Source: an uncultured candidate division Zixibacteria bacterium (lineage in GTDB: Bacteria; Zixibacteria; MSB-5A5; GN15; PGXB01). Taken from it: a stretch of 64,000 nucleotides of DNA. The notes under the pieces are model-generated. The model saw nothing but the letters and a program-made list of their open reading frames with translations. It was not told where the DNA came from and made no database searches. The position numbers and the translations under genes are program-made. Within the stretch, counting starts at the first letter, position 1. Every line of letters begins with the position of its first letter. Location: assembly GCA_963702205.1 (NCBI GenBank), contig OY969724.1, positions 544,001-608,000 on the forward strand, read 5' to 3'. Below, in pieces: positions 9,365 through 19,494 of this stretch.

Positions 9365-10693
9365 TCATTTTATCCCGTGATATTTCATCCGCGAATACAG
9401 TCTTCGGCGGGTGATTTTGAGCAGTTTGGCCGCCTCGGTTTTATTCCCGTTTGCCTTTTGAAGAGCATCAAGGATCATCTGTTTCTCGGCCGATTCCAAA
9501 CCGGAAGTACCAGCTGAATCGGGTGCATCGAGCGGGGCCATCTCGGTTTCATCGTCGATGTTTATATGTTCCAATTCGATCGGCTCTCCCCCGGCCAAAA
9601 TTAAAGCCCGCTCGAGAATGTTTTTCAGTTCCCTGATATTTCCCGGCCAGCTGTAACCGGCCAGCATGGCGATAACCTCATCGCTTAGGGCTGGGTGCCG
9701 GTAACCCTGTTTTTCCAGAAAGTACGCGGCGAGCTTTCCTATGTCTTCACGACGCCGGGCCAAAGACGGCATCTCGATCGGAAAAACATTGAGCCGGAAA
9801 AAGAGGTCTTCGCGGAAATTACTCTGTTTGATTTCTTCTTTCAGGTTGCGGTTGGTCGCGGCGATGACGCGCACGTCGGTCTTGACCGGGTCGACCCCGC
9901 CCACTCGGACGAATTGTTTTTCTTCGAGCACGCGCAGCAACTTGGCCTGTAGAGATGGCGACATCTCGCCGATCTCGTCAAGGAAAATGGTGCCACTGTC
10001 GGCCAGCTCGAATCTCCCCCGTTTTCGGGCCACCGCCCCGGTGAAGGAACCTTTTTCGTGACCGAATAATTCGGACTCCAGAAGTGTCTCGGTTAAGGCA
10101 GCGCAGTTGACTGCGATATATGGCCTGCCGTTCCTTCGCGAATTCTCATGGATGAGATTAGCGGCCAGTTCCTTGCCGGTTCCTGATTTGCCGGTCAACA
10201 GGACGGTCGTGTCGGTGGGGGCGACTTTGGAGATAAGATCCAGGAGCTTCCTGGCGGCCGGGGAATTACCGATAAATCGGTCGGATGAAATTTCTCTGAT
10301 GTCATGGCTCAGCATCCCCGAAAGGGCTTCCAGTTTCTGGCGATCGGACAGCTTGCGGCAAAGTTTGACCAGAAGGTCCATCGAGAACGGCTTCAGAATA
10401 TAATCGGCGGCACCCTTTTTCATGGCCTCGACCGCGGTTTCGACGGTGCCGTAGGCGGTCATAATGACGACATCGACATCACCCTTCTTCTTCGCCGCTT
10501 CGAGCACTTCAAGCCCGGAAACGCCGGGCATAGAAAGGTCGGTTATGACAATATCGAAGGATCGCTCATTGATAAGTCTCAACCCTTCCGACGGATCACT
10601 TACAGCCGTGGCAGAAAAGCCCTCGTCGGTCAGGGATTTTTCCACCAAGTATCCCATTTTAGGCTCATCATCTATAATCAATATATTGGCCAT
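9365..10693 (-). CDS. Sigma54-dependent response regulator (NtrC/ZraR family)
   Basis: Receiver (DD, DLSMP), Walker A GKSGTGKE, GSFTGA loop, FLDEIGE, WPGNIREL, Fis-type HTH. Confidence 0.95.
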   Translation of the reverse strand: MANILIIDDEPKMGYLVEKSLTDEGFSATAVSDPSEGLRLINERSFDIVITDLSMPGVSGLEVLEAAKKKGDVDVVIMTAYGTVETAVEAMKKGAADYILKPFSMDLLVKLCRKLSDRQKLEALSGMLSHDIREISSDRFIGNSPAARKLLDLISKVAPTDTTVLLTGKSGTGKELAANLIHENSRRNGRPYIAVNCAALTETLLESELFGHEKGSFTGAVARKRGRFELADSGTIFLDEIGEMSPSLQAKLLRVLEEKQFVRVGGVDPVKTDVRVIAATNRNLKEEIKQSNFREDLFFRLNVFPIEMPSLARRREDIGKLAAYFLEKQGYRHPALSDEVIAMLAGYSWPGNIRELKNILERALILAGGEPIELEHINIDDETEMAPLDAPDSAGTSGLESAEKQMILDALQKANGNKTEAAKLLKITRRRLYSRMKYHGIK

Positions 10694-10699
10694 TGTCTC

Positions 10700-12025
10700 T
10701 CAGCTCCTCGGTTTATCCAGGGTCAACCTGAAGGTCGTCGGACCGCCCGGTCGGCTGTCGAAATTAATACTGCCGCCCATATCGTCAGCCAGCTTCTTTG
10801 ACAGGTACAGACCCAGCCCCGATCCGGTGGGCGAGGTCGTATAGAAGGGTTCAAATAAAGTTTTGGTTTTGTCGGGTTCTATACCGGGGCCATTATCCCT
10901 GACGGCTATAACATTCCGGCCGCTCTCTTCAGTTATCGAAACCATTATTTCCGGGTTGGTCGCTTTTTTTGAGGCATCGGCGGCATTAAGCAGCAAGTTT
11001 ATGACTATTTGGCGGACGGCAATAGGATCGACCTCTATCTCGTTTTTATTGTCATCGATATCAAGATTTAATGAAATTCCGTCTTTTTTAAAGCCGGGGC
11101 CAAACTGATCGGCGAGGCGTTTGATAACTTCGGTTAGGTCAATAATTTGTTTGACCAGCGGTTTTCGGCCTGAGGCGAAATCGAGGTATCCGGTCACAAT
11201 TTCATTCAACCGGTCGACTTCTTCCAGGATAAAGCCGGTTTCAGGCATTTCGGCGGAACTTTCCCTGCCTTTCTTAAGTCGTTCGGCAGCGGCGCGGATA
11301 ATCATCAGGGGGTTTTTCAATTCATGTGAGACGACCGCTACCATCCGGCCCAGATTGGCCTGGGCCTGGGAACGCAGGAGGCTGCGCTCGGCATTGGCGA
11401 GGCGCCGCTGGACCACGAAAAACAAAATCCCGAATAAGAGCCCGGCTCCGATGGAAAGCCCCGAGGAAAATATCAGGTTGTTTTTAAGCTGGTTCAAGTT
11501 GTCGGTGTAGTCGAGATCGGCTTCGAGGCCCAGAACGGCCGGGGTGAATCCCGAGGTATCATTAAGCGGCGCGAAGGCTGTCTTGAGAAATATATCGCCC
11601 ACTTTGTGCGACCGGCTGACGACGGGCGAACCGGAAGTTCCACCCAGCAGGACGGAATCGATATATTCGCCGTTGAGCGCCTGAAGATAATACACCGAAT
11701 CGCCTGTCAACTGGGTGGTCGCCAGATAGTTATAATCGGGTCCGAGGATAAACACTTCCGACAGAGAATCGACCCGCTGGATTTCGTCCAAAACCTGCAG
11801 GACGGTATCGTAGGCGGCCAGACTGCCGTCGCCCAGAGACTGGATCAGATCGGGCCGGAGTTGGTCGGCCCCCAGCGCGGCCACCGCGGTCAGGCGGCGG
11901 GAAAGCTGGGCCTCATAGCTTTTCTCGGTTTTTTGGTACATCAGCCACCAGGCCAGATTAACGACGGCGATAAGAATAATCGTAAAGATGATTACGACGG
12001 CCGATTGACGACGCACGGTTGCCAT
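10700..12025 (-). CDS. Membrane sensor histidine kinase
   Basis: Two TM helices around a periplasmic domain, H-box SHELKNPL, N box NLLLNAAD, DNGPG, GSGLGL. Start taken at ATG 12025. Confidence 0.92.
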   Translation of the reverse strand: MATVRRQSAVVIIFTIILIAVVNLAWWLMYQKTEKSYEAQLSRRLTAVAALGADQLRPDLIQSLGDGSLAAYDTVLQVLDEIQRVDSLSEVFILGPDYNYLATTQLTGDSVYYLQALNGEYIDSVLLGGTSGSPVVSRSHKVGDIFLKTAFAPLNDTSGFTPAVLGLEADLDYTDNLNQLKNNLIFSSGLSIGAGLLFGILFFVVQRRLANAERSLLRSQAQANLGRMVAVVSHELKNPLMIIRAAAERLKKGRESSAEMPETGFILEEVDRLNEIVTGYLDFASGRKPLVKQIIDLTEVIKRLADQFGPGFKKDGISLNLDIDDNKNEIEVDPIAVRQIVINLLLNAADASKKATNPEIMVSITEESGRNVIAVRDNGPGIEPDKTKTLFEPFYTTSPTGSGLGLYLSKKLADDMGGSINFDSRPGGPTTFRLTLDKPRS

Positions 12026-12162
12026 GCAAATATTAAGCGTCGTGCCAATATACAAGTCAATAATAAACTGCCGACAAGGCTTCGGTGAGTTTTGACTTTA
12101 CATTTGCAAAAGGCCTGACTAAATTAGTTGGCTAAAGAAAAATAAACGGCGGTTTTGAAGAT

Positions 12163-15100
12163 ATGAAATTCGGACAATTTAAAGACATCGGGACTCCGCA
12201 GCTGGAAACACAGATACTCGAGTTCTGGGAAGAAAATAAGGTTTTTGAAAAATTAAACGCGCTGGCCGCCGACCGGCCGCAGTTCGTGTTCTATGAAGGA
12301 CCGCCGACAGCCAACGGGCGTCCGGGAGTGCATCATGCCATTGCCCGGACGATTAAAGACCTTATTTGCCGCTATAAAACGATGCAGGGATTCCGGGTCG
12401 ACCGCAAAGCCGGTTGGGATACACACGGACTGCCGGTGGAAATCGAGGTCGAAAAGCAGCTCGGGCTGGATTCCAAGGAGAGGATTGTCGAGTACGGCGT
12501 CGCGGAGTTCAACAAGAAATGCCGCGAATCGGTTTTTAAATATATCAACGACTGGAACGACATCACCCGCAAGCTGGGGTACTGGATTGACCTTGGTGAT
12601 GCCTATATCACGCTGACCAATGACTACATCGAATCGGTCTGGAACATCCTCAAGAATTTCTTCGACCGCGATCTGATCTACAAAGGCCACAAGACGGTGG
12701 CCTTTTGTCCCCGATGCGAGACGGCGGTATCGAGCCACGAGGTTGCGCAGGGTTATCAGGAGGTCAATGATCCCTCGGTGTTTGTCAAAGTCAAGGCGGC
12801 CGACGATGATTTCTATTACGTGATTTGGACGACGACCCCGTGGACGCTGCCGTCGAATGCCGCCATAGCGATGAGTCCGGACGCCGATTATGCACTGGTG
12901 GAGCACGGCGGTGAAAAACTGGTGCTGGCCAGGGCCTTGCTGGACAAAGTGCTCGGCGAGGATTATAAAATAATCGAGACCAAAAAGGGCACGGAGTTTC
13001 ACAATCGCAAATATATCCCGATGTTCAATACTTTTGCCGACCGTGCCGACGAAGCCTTTTATGTGATCAACGCCGATTTCGTGACGCTCGACGACGGCAC
13101 CGGAATCGTACACGTCGCGCCGGGGTACGGCGCCGACGACTATATCGCCGGGCAGAAGTACGGTCTGCCGGTCTTACAAGCGGTCCGGGCCGACGGGCAT
13201 TTCGAGGATTTCGCCGGGAAATACGCCGGAATGTTTATGAAAAAGGCCGACCCGGAAATTATCAAGGACCTCAAAATCAGCGGACGGCTTTATAAAAAAG
13301 AGCTCTATACACATAATTACCCGTTTTGCTGGCGGTGCGATACACCGCTTATTTATATCGCGCGGCACTGCTGGTATATCCGGACGACCCAGTTCAAAGA
13401 GCAGTTGATCAAGAACAGCAACATAACGCGCTGGCAGCCGGACGATATCCGCACCGGCCGTATGCTCGACTGGTTAGAGAACAACGTCGACTGGGCGCTG
13501 TCCCGTGAGAGGTTCTGGGGTACACCGCTGCCGATTTGGGAGTGTTCCGGGTGCGGGCACCTGACGGCGGTCGGGTCAATCGAGCAGCTTCGAAAAGATG
13601 GGTTGAATGTCCCGTCGGGCGAGCTTGACCTGCACAAACCGACGGTCGATGAAATAAAGCTTAAATGCGAAAAGTGCGGTGAAGAGATGACTCGTGTACC
13701 GGAAGTGATCGACACCTGGTTCGATTCCGGCTCGATGCCGTACGCTCAGTGGCACTATCCTTTCGAGAATAAAGAAGTCTTCGAGCAAAAGTACCCGGCC
13801 GATTTTATTTCGGAAGCCATCGATCAGACGCGCGGCTGGTTCTATTCCCTGCTGGCGATCTCGACTATGCTTTTCGACAAGCCGGCTTTCAAGAATGTCA
13901 TCGTCATGGAGTTGATCCTCGATAAAGAGGGCAAAAAGATGTCGAAAAGCCGGGGGACGGCGGTCAATCCGTTCGATATAATCGCCCGGTACGGGGCCGA
14001 TCCGTTGCGCTGGTATTTGCTGGCGACGTCGAATCCGTGGGTGCCGACACGCTACGACGAAGCCGGCCTGGCCGAGGTCATTCGCAAGTTTTTCGATACG
14101 TACAAAAATAGTTATAGCTTCTTCGCCTTGTATGCCAACGTCGATGACATTTTGCAGCGGGCCGCCGATGACAGTGTGACGGTCGATGAATTCCTCGAAA
14201 AATATGCCGGTGAACCGGAGCGAATCGACCGCTGGATTGTCTCCCGCTATAATTCGCTGGTAAAGAAAATAACGACCCGTCTGGACGGCTACGACATCAC
14301 CCCCCCGGCCCGAATGCTGACCGATTTCGTGATCGATGATCTGTCCAACTGGTATATCCGGCTGAACCGCCGCCGGTTCTGGGCGCCGGAAAATGACCCG
14401 TCGAAAATGCGCGCCTACCTGACCCTGTATCGAATTATGTGCGGGGTCACCAAGCTGGCGGCGCCGTACATCCCGTTTCTGACCGAATATATCTGGCGCC
14501 AGTTGGTACCAGCGGTTAATAAAAGTAGAATTTCGTCGGTACATCTATCGAAGTACCCGGTTTGTGATGAAACGACCATTGATAGTGATCTCGAAGACGC
14601 GATGTCAATAGCGCAGAAAATTGTCTCGGTCGGGCGGGCGGTCCGGGCCAGGAAGAATCTCAAGGTTCGCCAGCCGTTGGCGTCGATACTGGTGCATCTG
14701 CCGGGTGAGAATAATTTTGACCGGATTAAACCTGAGTTGGATGTCATCAAAGAGGAACTGAATATCAAGACCGTGGAACCGCTGGCCAGGGTCGATGACG
14801 TGGTCAGTTACACCGCCAGGCTGAATTTCGCCTTGGCGGGGTCCAAACTTGGTAAACTGGCAAAGGATACCGCCGCGCAGGTATCGGCCTGGGACAGCCG
14901 GACGGTCAGGAATTTTCGCAAGGATGGTTCGGCAACGCTGAAAACCTCCGGCGGCGACGCCGTCCTCGAAGCCGAGGACGTGGAGATTAAGATGGTCGAG
15001 CAGGAAGGTTTCGGGGTGGACGAACACGACGGCATCACGGTGGCATTGAAGACGCGGATCGACGATAACCTGCGCGATGAAGGTTTCGCTCGAGAAATGG

Positions 15101-15333
15101 TCAATAAGATTCAAAACATGCGTAAGTCTTCCGGTTTCGAGGTCACGGACCGTATCACGGTTGAAATAAAAACCGATGAGCCGCTGCTTTCGGCTGTAAA
15201 AAGGTTTGAAGAATATATTTGCAGGGAAACACTTGCCGATAAGATTGAGCTGGTTAGCCGTATATCGCCGGACAAGAACGGCAAGAATTGGAATATAAAC
15301 GGCACCATGGCGGACATCGCAGTAATAAAATAG
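12163..15333 (+). CDS. ileS: Isoleucine--tRNA ligase, type 2
   Basis: EGPPTANG, GWDTHGLP, WTTTPWTLP, KMSKS, type-2 C-terminal domain (EGFAREMVNKIQNMRK). Followed by dksA-like gene and lspA. Confidence 0.97.
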   Translation: MKFGQFKDIGTPQLETQILEFWEENKVFEKLNALAADRPQFVFYEGPPTANGRPGVHHAIARTIKDLICRYKTMQGFRVDRKAGWDTHGLPVEIEVEKQLGLDSKERIVEYGVAEFNKKCRESVFKYINDWNDITRKLGYWIDLGDAYITLTNDYIESVWNILKNFFDRDLIYKGHKTVAFCPRCETAVSSHEVAQGYQEVNDPSVFVKVKAADDDFYYVIWTTTPWTLPSNAAIAMSPDADYALVEHGGEKLVLARALLDKVLGEDYKIIETKKGTEFHNRKYIPMFNTFADRADEAFYVINADFVTLDDGTGIVHVAPGYGADDYIAGQKYGLPVLQAVRADGHFEDFAGKYAGMFMKKADPEIIKDLKISGRLYKKELYTHNYPFCWRCDTPLIYIARHCWYIRTTQFKEQLIKNSNITRWQPDDIRTGRMLDWLENNVDWALSRERFWGTPLPIWECSGCGHLTAVGSIEQLRKDGLNVPSGELDLHKPTVDEIKLKCEKCGEEMTRVPEVIDTWFDSGSMPYAQWHYPFENKEVFEQKYPADFISEAIDQTRGWFYSLLAISTMLFDKPAFKNVIVMELILDKEGKKMSKSRGTAVNPFDIIARYGADPLRWYLLATSNPWVPTRYDEAGLAEVIRKFFDTYKNSYSFFALYANVDDILQRAADDSVTVDEFLEKYAGEPERIDRWIVSRYNSLVKKITTRLDGYDITPPARMLTDFVIDDLSNWYIRLNRRRFWAPENDPSKMRAYLTLYRIMCGVTKLAAPYIPFLTEYIWRQLVPAVNKSRISSVHLSKYPVCDETTIDSDLEDAMSIAQKIVSVGRAVRARKNLKVRQPLASILVHLPGENNFDRIKPELDVIKEELNIKTVEPLARVDDVVSYTARLNFALAGSKLGKLAKDTAAQVSAWDSRTVRNFRKDGSATLKTSGGDAVLEAEDVEIKMVEQEGFGVDEHDGITVALKTRIDDNLRDEGFAREMVNKIQNMRKSSGFEVTDRITVEIKTDEPLLSAVKRFEEYICRETLADKIELVSRISPDKNGKNWNINGTMADIAVIK

Positions 15334-15346
15334 GCGTGAGGCCGTT

Positions 15347-15730
15347 ATGAAAAAAGAGGACCTTGAAAAGTATGAAAAGCTCCTGCTGAAAAAACGCGAG
15401 GAGCTTTTGGAATCCATTGTGGACAAACGCAACCAGACGGGCAAAACGACCCGGGACGCCACCGGCGACCTGTCCAGTTATTCGTACCACATGGCTGATC
15501 AGGGCACGGATGCCATCGAGCGCGAAAAGGCTTTCATGATCGCATCCAAGTCGGGGCGGCTGATTTACCATATCGACCAGGCCCTGATGAGGATTCGGAA
15601 GGGCGAGTTCGGCTTGTGTCACAGCTGCGGGAAACCGATTCAGAAAGCCCGGTTGATGGCGGTGCCGCACGCCCGGTTGTGCCTGGAGTGCAAGGAAAAG
15701 GAAGAGCAGGAGAAAGCCAGCCGTAAGTAG
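15347..15730 (+). CDS. TraR/DksA C4 zinc-finger protein
   Basis: Coiled coil with HMADQGTD; CHSC...CLEC finger. Confidence 0.9.
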   Translation: MKKEDLEKYEKLLLKKREELLESIVDKRNQTGKTTRDATGDLSSYSYHMADQGTDAIEREKAFMIASKSGRLIYHIDQALMRIRKGEFGLCHSCGKPIQKARLMAVPHARLCLECKEKEEQEKASRK

Positions 15731-15731
15731 C

Positions 15732-16259
15732 ATGCGAAAATACGTCCTGTTTATCTTCATTATTTTGGCGGTCGTCGCTCTGGATCAATTTACCAAGTTC
15801 TGGGCAGTGGCCAATCTGGCGGACGGCCAGGTCCACCAGGTCTGGGGGACCTTTTTTCAGGTTAAGCTTCTTTATAACATAGGCGGCGTTATGGGCTCCA
15901 GCCTGGGTGGGAGCACTTTCTACCTGATTTCTTCCCTGTTCGTTTTCGCGTTTGTTATGTATTTCCTGTACACTTACAGAAATTTGATTGTCGTGGCGAT
16001 CCCGATGTGTATCATCGCGGGCGGCGCGATAGGTAACATTGTTGACAGGATACGCCTCGGTCAGGTCATAGATTTTCTCGATTTCGATTTTTTTAATATA
16101 AATATCGGCTCTTTCCACCTCGACAGGTGGTGGACGTTTAATATTTCCGATGCCGCTATCTCGGTCGGCGTCACCTGGTTGATCTTATATCTGCTTTTTG
16201 TCCACCGGGTGCAACAGCCCGAAAACGCGTCATTAACCGAAGATTCCACACCCGCCTGA
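15732..16259 (+). CDS. lspA: Lipoprotein signal peptidase II
   Basis: LDQFTK, GGAIGNIVDR, VIDF, FNISDAAI. Confidence 0.95.
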   Translation: MRKYVLFIFIILAVVALDQFTKFWAVANLADGQVHQVWGTFFQVKLLYNIGGVMGSSLGGSTFYLISSLFVFAFVMYFLYTYRNLIVVAIPMCIIAGGAIGNIVDRIRLGQVIDFLDFDFFNINIGSFHLDRWWTFNISDAAISVGVTWLILYLLFVHRVQQPENASLTEDSTPA

Positions 16260-16358
16260 CTTGACATCTGTCGGCCATTGTATTATTAACCGATCATTGG
16301 AACCCCTCGTATTGTATGCGGTTTTATGAATATGAACAGCCCACCGAGGAGGCAAAAA

Positions 16359-17432
16359 ATGGCTGACAAACAACAAGTAATAGAAATACTTTCCAAAATA
16401 AACGACCCCGAATTACATCGCCCGTTGACCGATCTGGATATGGTAAAAAACGTCGAAATCGACGGCGGGGTAGTAAATATTGAAATTTCGCTGACTATTC
16501 CCGGCTGTCCTTTGAAGCATAAGATCAGCGAGGACGTCAATACGATGGTCGGAGCGCTGGACGGTGTCGAAAGAGTCAATATTTCTTTCGGGGTTATGAC
16601 CGACGAACAGCGCAAGAATCTCCGGGGTCGGATGTACGGCACCGACAAAGGCCAATCACTTGAAGGCGGGACGCCGAAGGTTCGTCCTGAGGATTTCACC
16701 AAGCGGGTGATAGCGGTGTCCTCTGGAAAAGGCGGCGTCGGCAAATCGACCACAACCTGCAACCTGGCCGCGGCTTTGAGCGGAATGGGATATCAGGTCG
16801 GGATTCTCGACGCGGACGTGTACGGGTTTTCGGTGCCGCGCATTATGGGTGTCCACGGTCAGCCGACGATAATCGATGAGCACATTATCCCCATGCGGCG
16901 CGAGAACATACAGATCATGTCAATGGGCTTTTTCGTGGGCGAAGACGACCCGGTAATCTGGCGCGGACCGATGCTGCACAAAGCGATCAATCAGTTTCTG
17001 ACCGACGTCCTGTGGGACAATCTCGATATCCTGCTGATAGATATGCCTCCGGGTACGGGTGACGTCACGTTGACGGTGGCGCAGGCTATTCCTCAGGCCG
17101 AGATGCTGGTGGTGACGACACCGCAGCCGGTCGCGGCTCATACGGCCGGACGGGTCGCGCGGCTGGCCGAAAAAACCAACCTGAGCGTGCTGGGCGTCAT
17201 CGAGAACATGGCGTACTACGAGTCCAATGGTCATCGTGATTATATTTTCGGTAAGGACGGCGGAAAGAGCCTGGCCAAAACACTGAAAACGACTTTCCTG
17301 GGTGAAATTCCGATCGTGACGGCGATCCGCGAAGCATCGGACGGCGGGGAGCCGGCTGAATTTTCGAACAAAACAGAAATTGCCGGTTATTATCGCACGA
17401 TTGCCGAGGCATTAGTTGCGAAGCAAGCCTGA
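16359..17432 (+). CDS. mrp: Mrp/NBP35/ApbC-family P-loop ATPase with N-terminal DUF59
   Basis: DPEL...GCP (DUF59), SGKGGVGKS, WRGPM, DMPPGTGD, ENMA. GAGGAGG RBS before ATG 16359. Confidence 0.92.
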   Translation: MADKQQVIEILSKINDPELHRPLTDLDMVKNVEIDGGVVNIEISLTIPGCPLKHKISEDVNTMVGALDGVERVNISFGVMTDEQRKNLRGRMYGTDKGQSLEGGTPKVRPEDFTKRVIAVSSGKGGVGKSTTTCNLAAALSGMGYQVGILDADVYGFSVPRIMGVHGQPTIIDEHIIPMRRENIQIMSMGFFVGEDDPVIWRGPMLHKAINQFLTDVLWDNLDILLIDMPPGTGDVTLTVAQAIPQAEMLVVTTPQPVAAHTAGRVARLAEKTNLSVLGVIENMAYYESNGHRDYIFGKDGGKSLAKTLKTTFLGEIPIVTAIREASDGGEPAEFSNKTEIAGYYRTIAEALVAKQA

Positions 17433-17653
17433 CCGCTATCCCTTGCGATGATTGACTTTATAAATTTCGATAATTTTTTTTGCGATTTATTTGCACCGTG
17501 CAAAATTATGAATTCGATAAAACAGCCTGTAATTACAATCGACATAAGCACTTTGCACTATCGGTAATTTTTTCCCATAGTGGCTTGACTGAGCCGAGGT
17601 CTTCTCCTTTATTGCTTTCACCGGATAAGCTACACAGCAAAATGTTTACAGGA

Positions 17654-17828
17654 TGTGCACAAATTCAGGATGTTTGATCTTTAGTCAATCATATCAATAG
17701 CTTAACGGCAGACGCATCTGAATCAGGCTGTGGATAATTATGTTTATAACCGGTAATGGGAATTGGGGTTGTGCGGAGTTAATTCCGTAGTGCCTCATGT
17801 TTTGGAAGGAACCGAAAACAGTGGATAA
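17654..17828. promoter_or_regulatory. DnaA-box cluster upstream of dnaA with IHF-consensus site
   Basis: TGTGGATAA 17729-17737 (perfect), TGTTTATAA 17741-17749, AGTGGATAA 17820-17828, TGTGCACAA 17654-17662; TATCAATAGCTTA 17692-17704 matches WATCAANNNNTTR. Confidence 0.75.
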
Positions 17829-17847
17829 TCTGTCTCACGGGGGAAAG

Positions 17848-19221
17848 ATGATATCCGAAGCAAATTTTGATTCAAGCAAGTTATGGAATAACTGCCTTGA
17901 CTATGTTGCCCTGCGGGTGAACAATCACTCGTTTAACACCTGGTTCAAGCATACCCGGGGATCGCAACAGGACGACGGCTCTTTGAAAATTGTCGTCCCC
18001 AACCGATTTGTGGCCGACTGGCTGTCGGACCGGTACGCCGATCTTATCGACGAGGCTTTAATACAGATCAACGGGGTGGCGATGCCGTATGTTTTCGAAA
18101 TCAAGAACGGAAACGGCGACGGCAACGGCCAGACCGAGATCGAATTTCAAAGCCGTCCGGTGCCGGTTCATCCGGTTGCACCGGTGACTGTCCACCCGGA
18201 TTATGCCTTGAACGGCAAGTATCGTTTCGACAATTTCGTCGTCGGCAGCTCCAACCAGTTTGCCCACGCCGCCGCGCTTGCCGTATCAGAGGCCCCGGGC
18301 AAGACCAATTATAATCCCTTGTTCATGTATGGCGGGACCGGTTTGGGTAAAACTCATCTATTGGAGGCCATCGGCAACACCGTCAAGGAGAAATTCCCCG
18401 GCAAGCGTATCATATACGCCTCGTCGGAAAAGTTCACGTCCGATTTTATTAACTCTTTGTCCAACGGGACGACTCTGAAATTCACGTCGTTGTATCGCAC
18501 CGCCGACTTGCTGTTAATCGACGACACGCAGTTTTTCAGCGGCAAAGAATCGACCCAGGAACAATTCTTCCATACCTTCAACGACCTCTATCACAGTGGC
18601 CGTCAGATCGTCCTCACATCTGATCGCCATCCCAAAGACACCAAGGGTCTGGAAGAAAGGTTGCTGTCGCGGTTTGCCTCTGGGCTCGTGGCCGACCTTC
18701 AGCCACCCGATCTGGAAACGCGCATGGCTATTTTGAGACGGCGTATCGAGCAGGATAAATCCTCGATGCCGGAGGACGTGCTGTATTTCATCGCTGACAA
18801 CGTGCGGTCCAATATCCGTGAATTGGAGGGGTGTTTGACGCGGTTGACGGCTTACGCCTCGATCAGCAAGGCGGAAATCAACCTGAATTTCGCTCAGGAG
18901 GTCCTGGGCAAAGACATTTTCCAGGTTAAAAAAGAAATTACGGTCAAGCAGGTGCAGAAGAAGACGGCCGAAGTGTTCAATATCGACCCGGCCATGATGA
19001 CGGCCAAGAAAAAAACCGCCCCGGTGGCGCTGGCCCGTCAGGTCGCGATGTATCTTACGCGGAAGCACACGTCGCTGTCCTTGAAAGCCATCGGTGAAGC
19101 TTTCGGCGGGCGGGATCATTCGACGGTTATTCACGCCTGTGAACTGATCGCTCAGAAGATCGAAACGGACTCCAATTTCAGAAGAAAGGTAGCCGATTTA
19201 ACCCACACTCTGCTGGCGTAG
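17848..19221 (+). CDS. dnaA: Chromosomal replication initiator DnaA
   Basis: FDNFVVGSSN, YNPLFMYGGTGLGKTHL, TQEQFFHTFN, NIRELEG, GGRDHSTVIHA. Start at ATG 17848. Confidence 0.98.
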   Translation: MISEANFDSSKLWNNCLDYVALRVNNHSFNTWFKHTRGSQQDDGSLKIVVPNRFVADWLSDRYADLIDEALIQINGVAMPYVFEIKNGNGDGNGQTEIEFQSRPVPVHPVAPVTVHPDYALNGKYRFDNFVVGSSNQFAHAAALAVSEAPGKTNYNPLFMYGGTGLGKTHLLEAIGNTVKEKFPGKRIIYASSEKFTSDFINSLSNGTTLKFTSLYRTADLLLIDDTQFFSGKESTQEQFFHTFNDLYHSGRQIVLTSDRHPKDTKGLEERLLSRFASGLVADLQPPDLETRMAILRRRIEQDKSSMPEDVLYFIADNVRSNIRELEGCLTRLTAYASISKAEINLNFAQEVLGKDIFQVKKEITVKQVQKKTAEVFNIDPAMMTAKKKTAPVALARQVAMYLTRKHTSLSLKAIGEAFGGRDHSTVIHACELIAQKIETDSNFRRKVADLTHTLLA

Positions 19222-19494
19222 ATGGTGATGATAAACGGTTGACAAACATGAGCAGTATTTGTGGACAAAAAACGGATGTGCAAAAGCGACGTGATTATCA
19301 ATGTTTATTGACAATCAGATCATAAAAAAATTAATATGAAAAGGAAGATTAAGAACTTGAGATATAATAAGATCACGAAATGGAGCGGGACTTTATAAAC
19401 ATTTTAACATTGCTTATAAGAACTATTATTTAGATATATATCCTCAGAATTATACAAAGAGGGTGTTTAAAAGCCTTAGTTAAGGAAGGTTTGA
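19222..19494. other. Putative replication origin unwinding region (oriC)
   Basis: AT-rich dnaA-dnaN spacer with TGTGGACAA 19260-19268, TGTGCAAAA 19277-19285, TTATAAACA 19393-19401, then NAN trios at 19415-19429 and a TATA-rich tract. Confidence 0.8.

Noticed and set aside
12253..15760. Long antisense ORFs (286, 322, 285 aa) over ileS, and similar ones over other genes
   Set aside because: Shadows of well-supported genes caused by GC-biased codon usage; no motifs.
17433..17847. Expected divergent rpmH, and the 65-aa ORF at 17480
   Set aside because: No MKRT-like basic ORF found; the region is better explained as the dnaA promoter/DnaA-box region.
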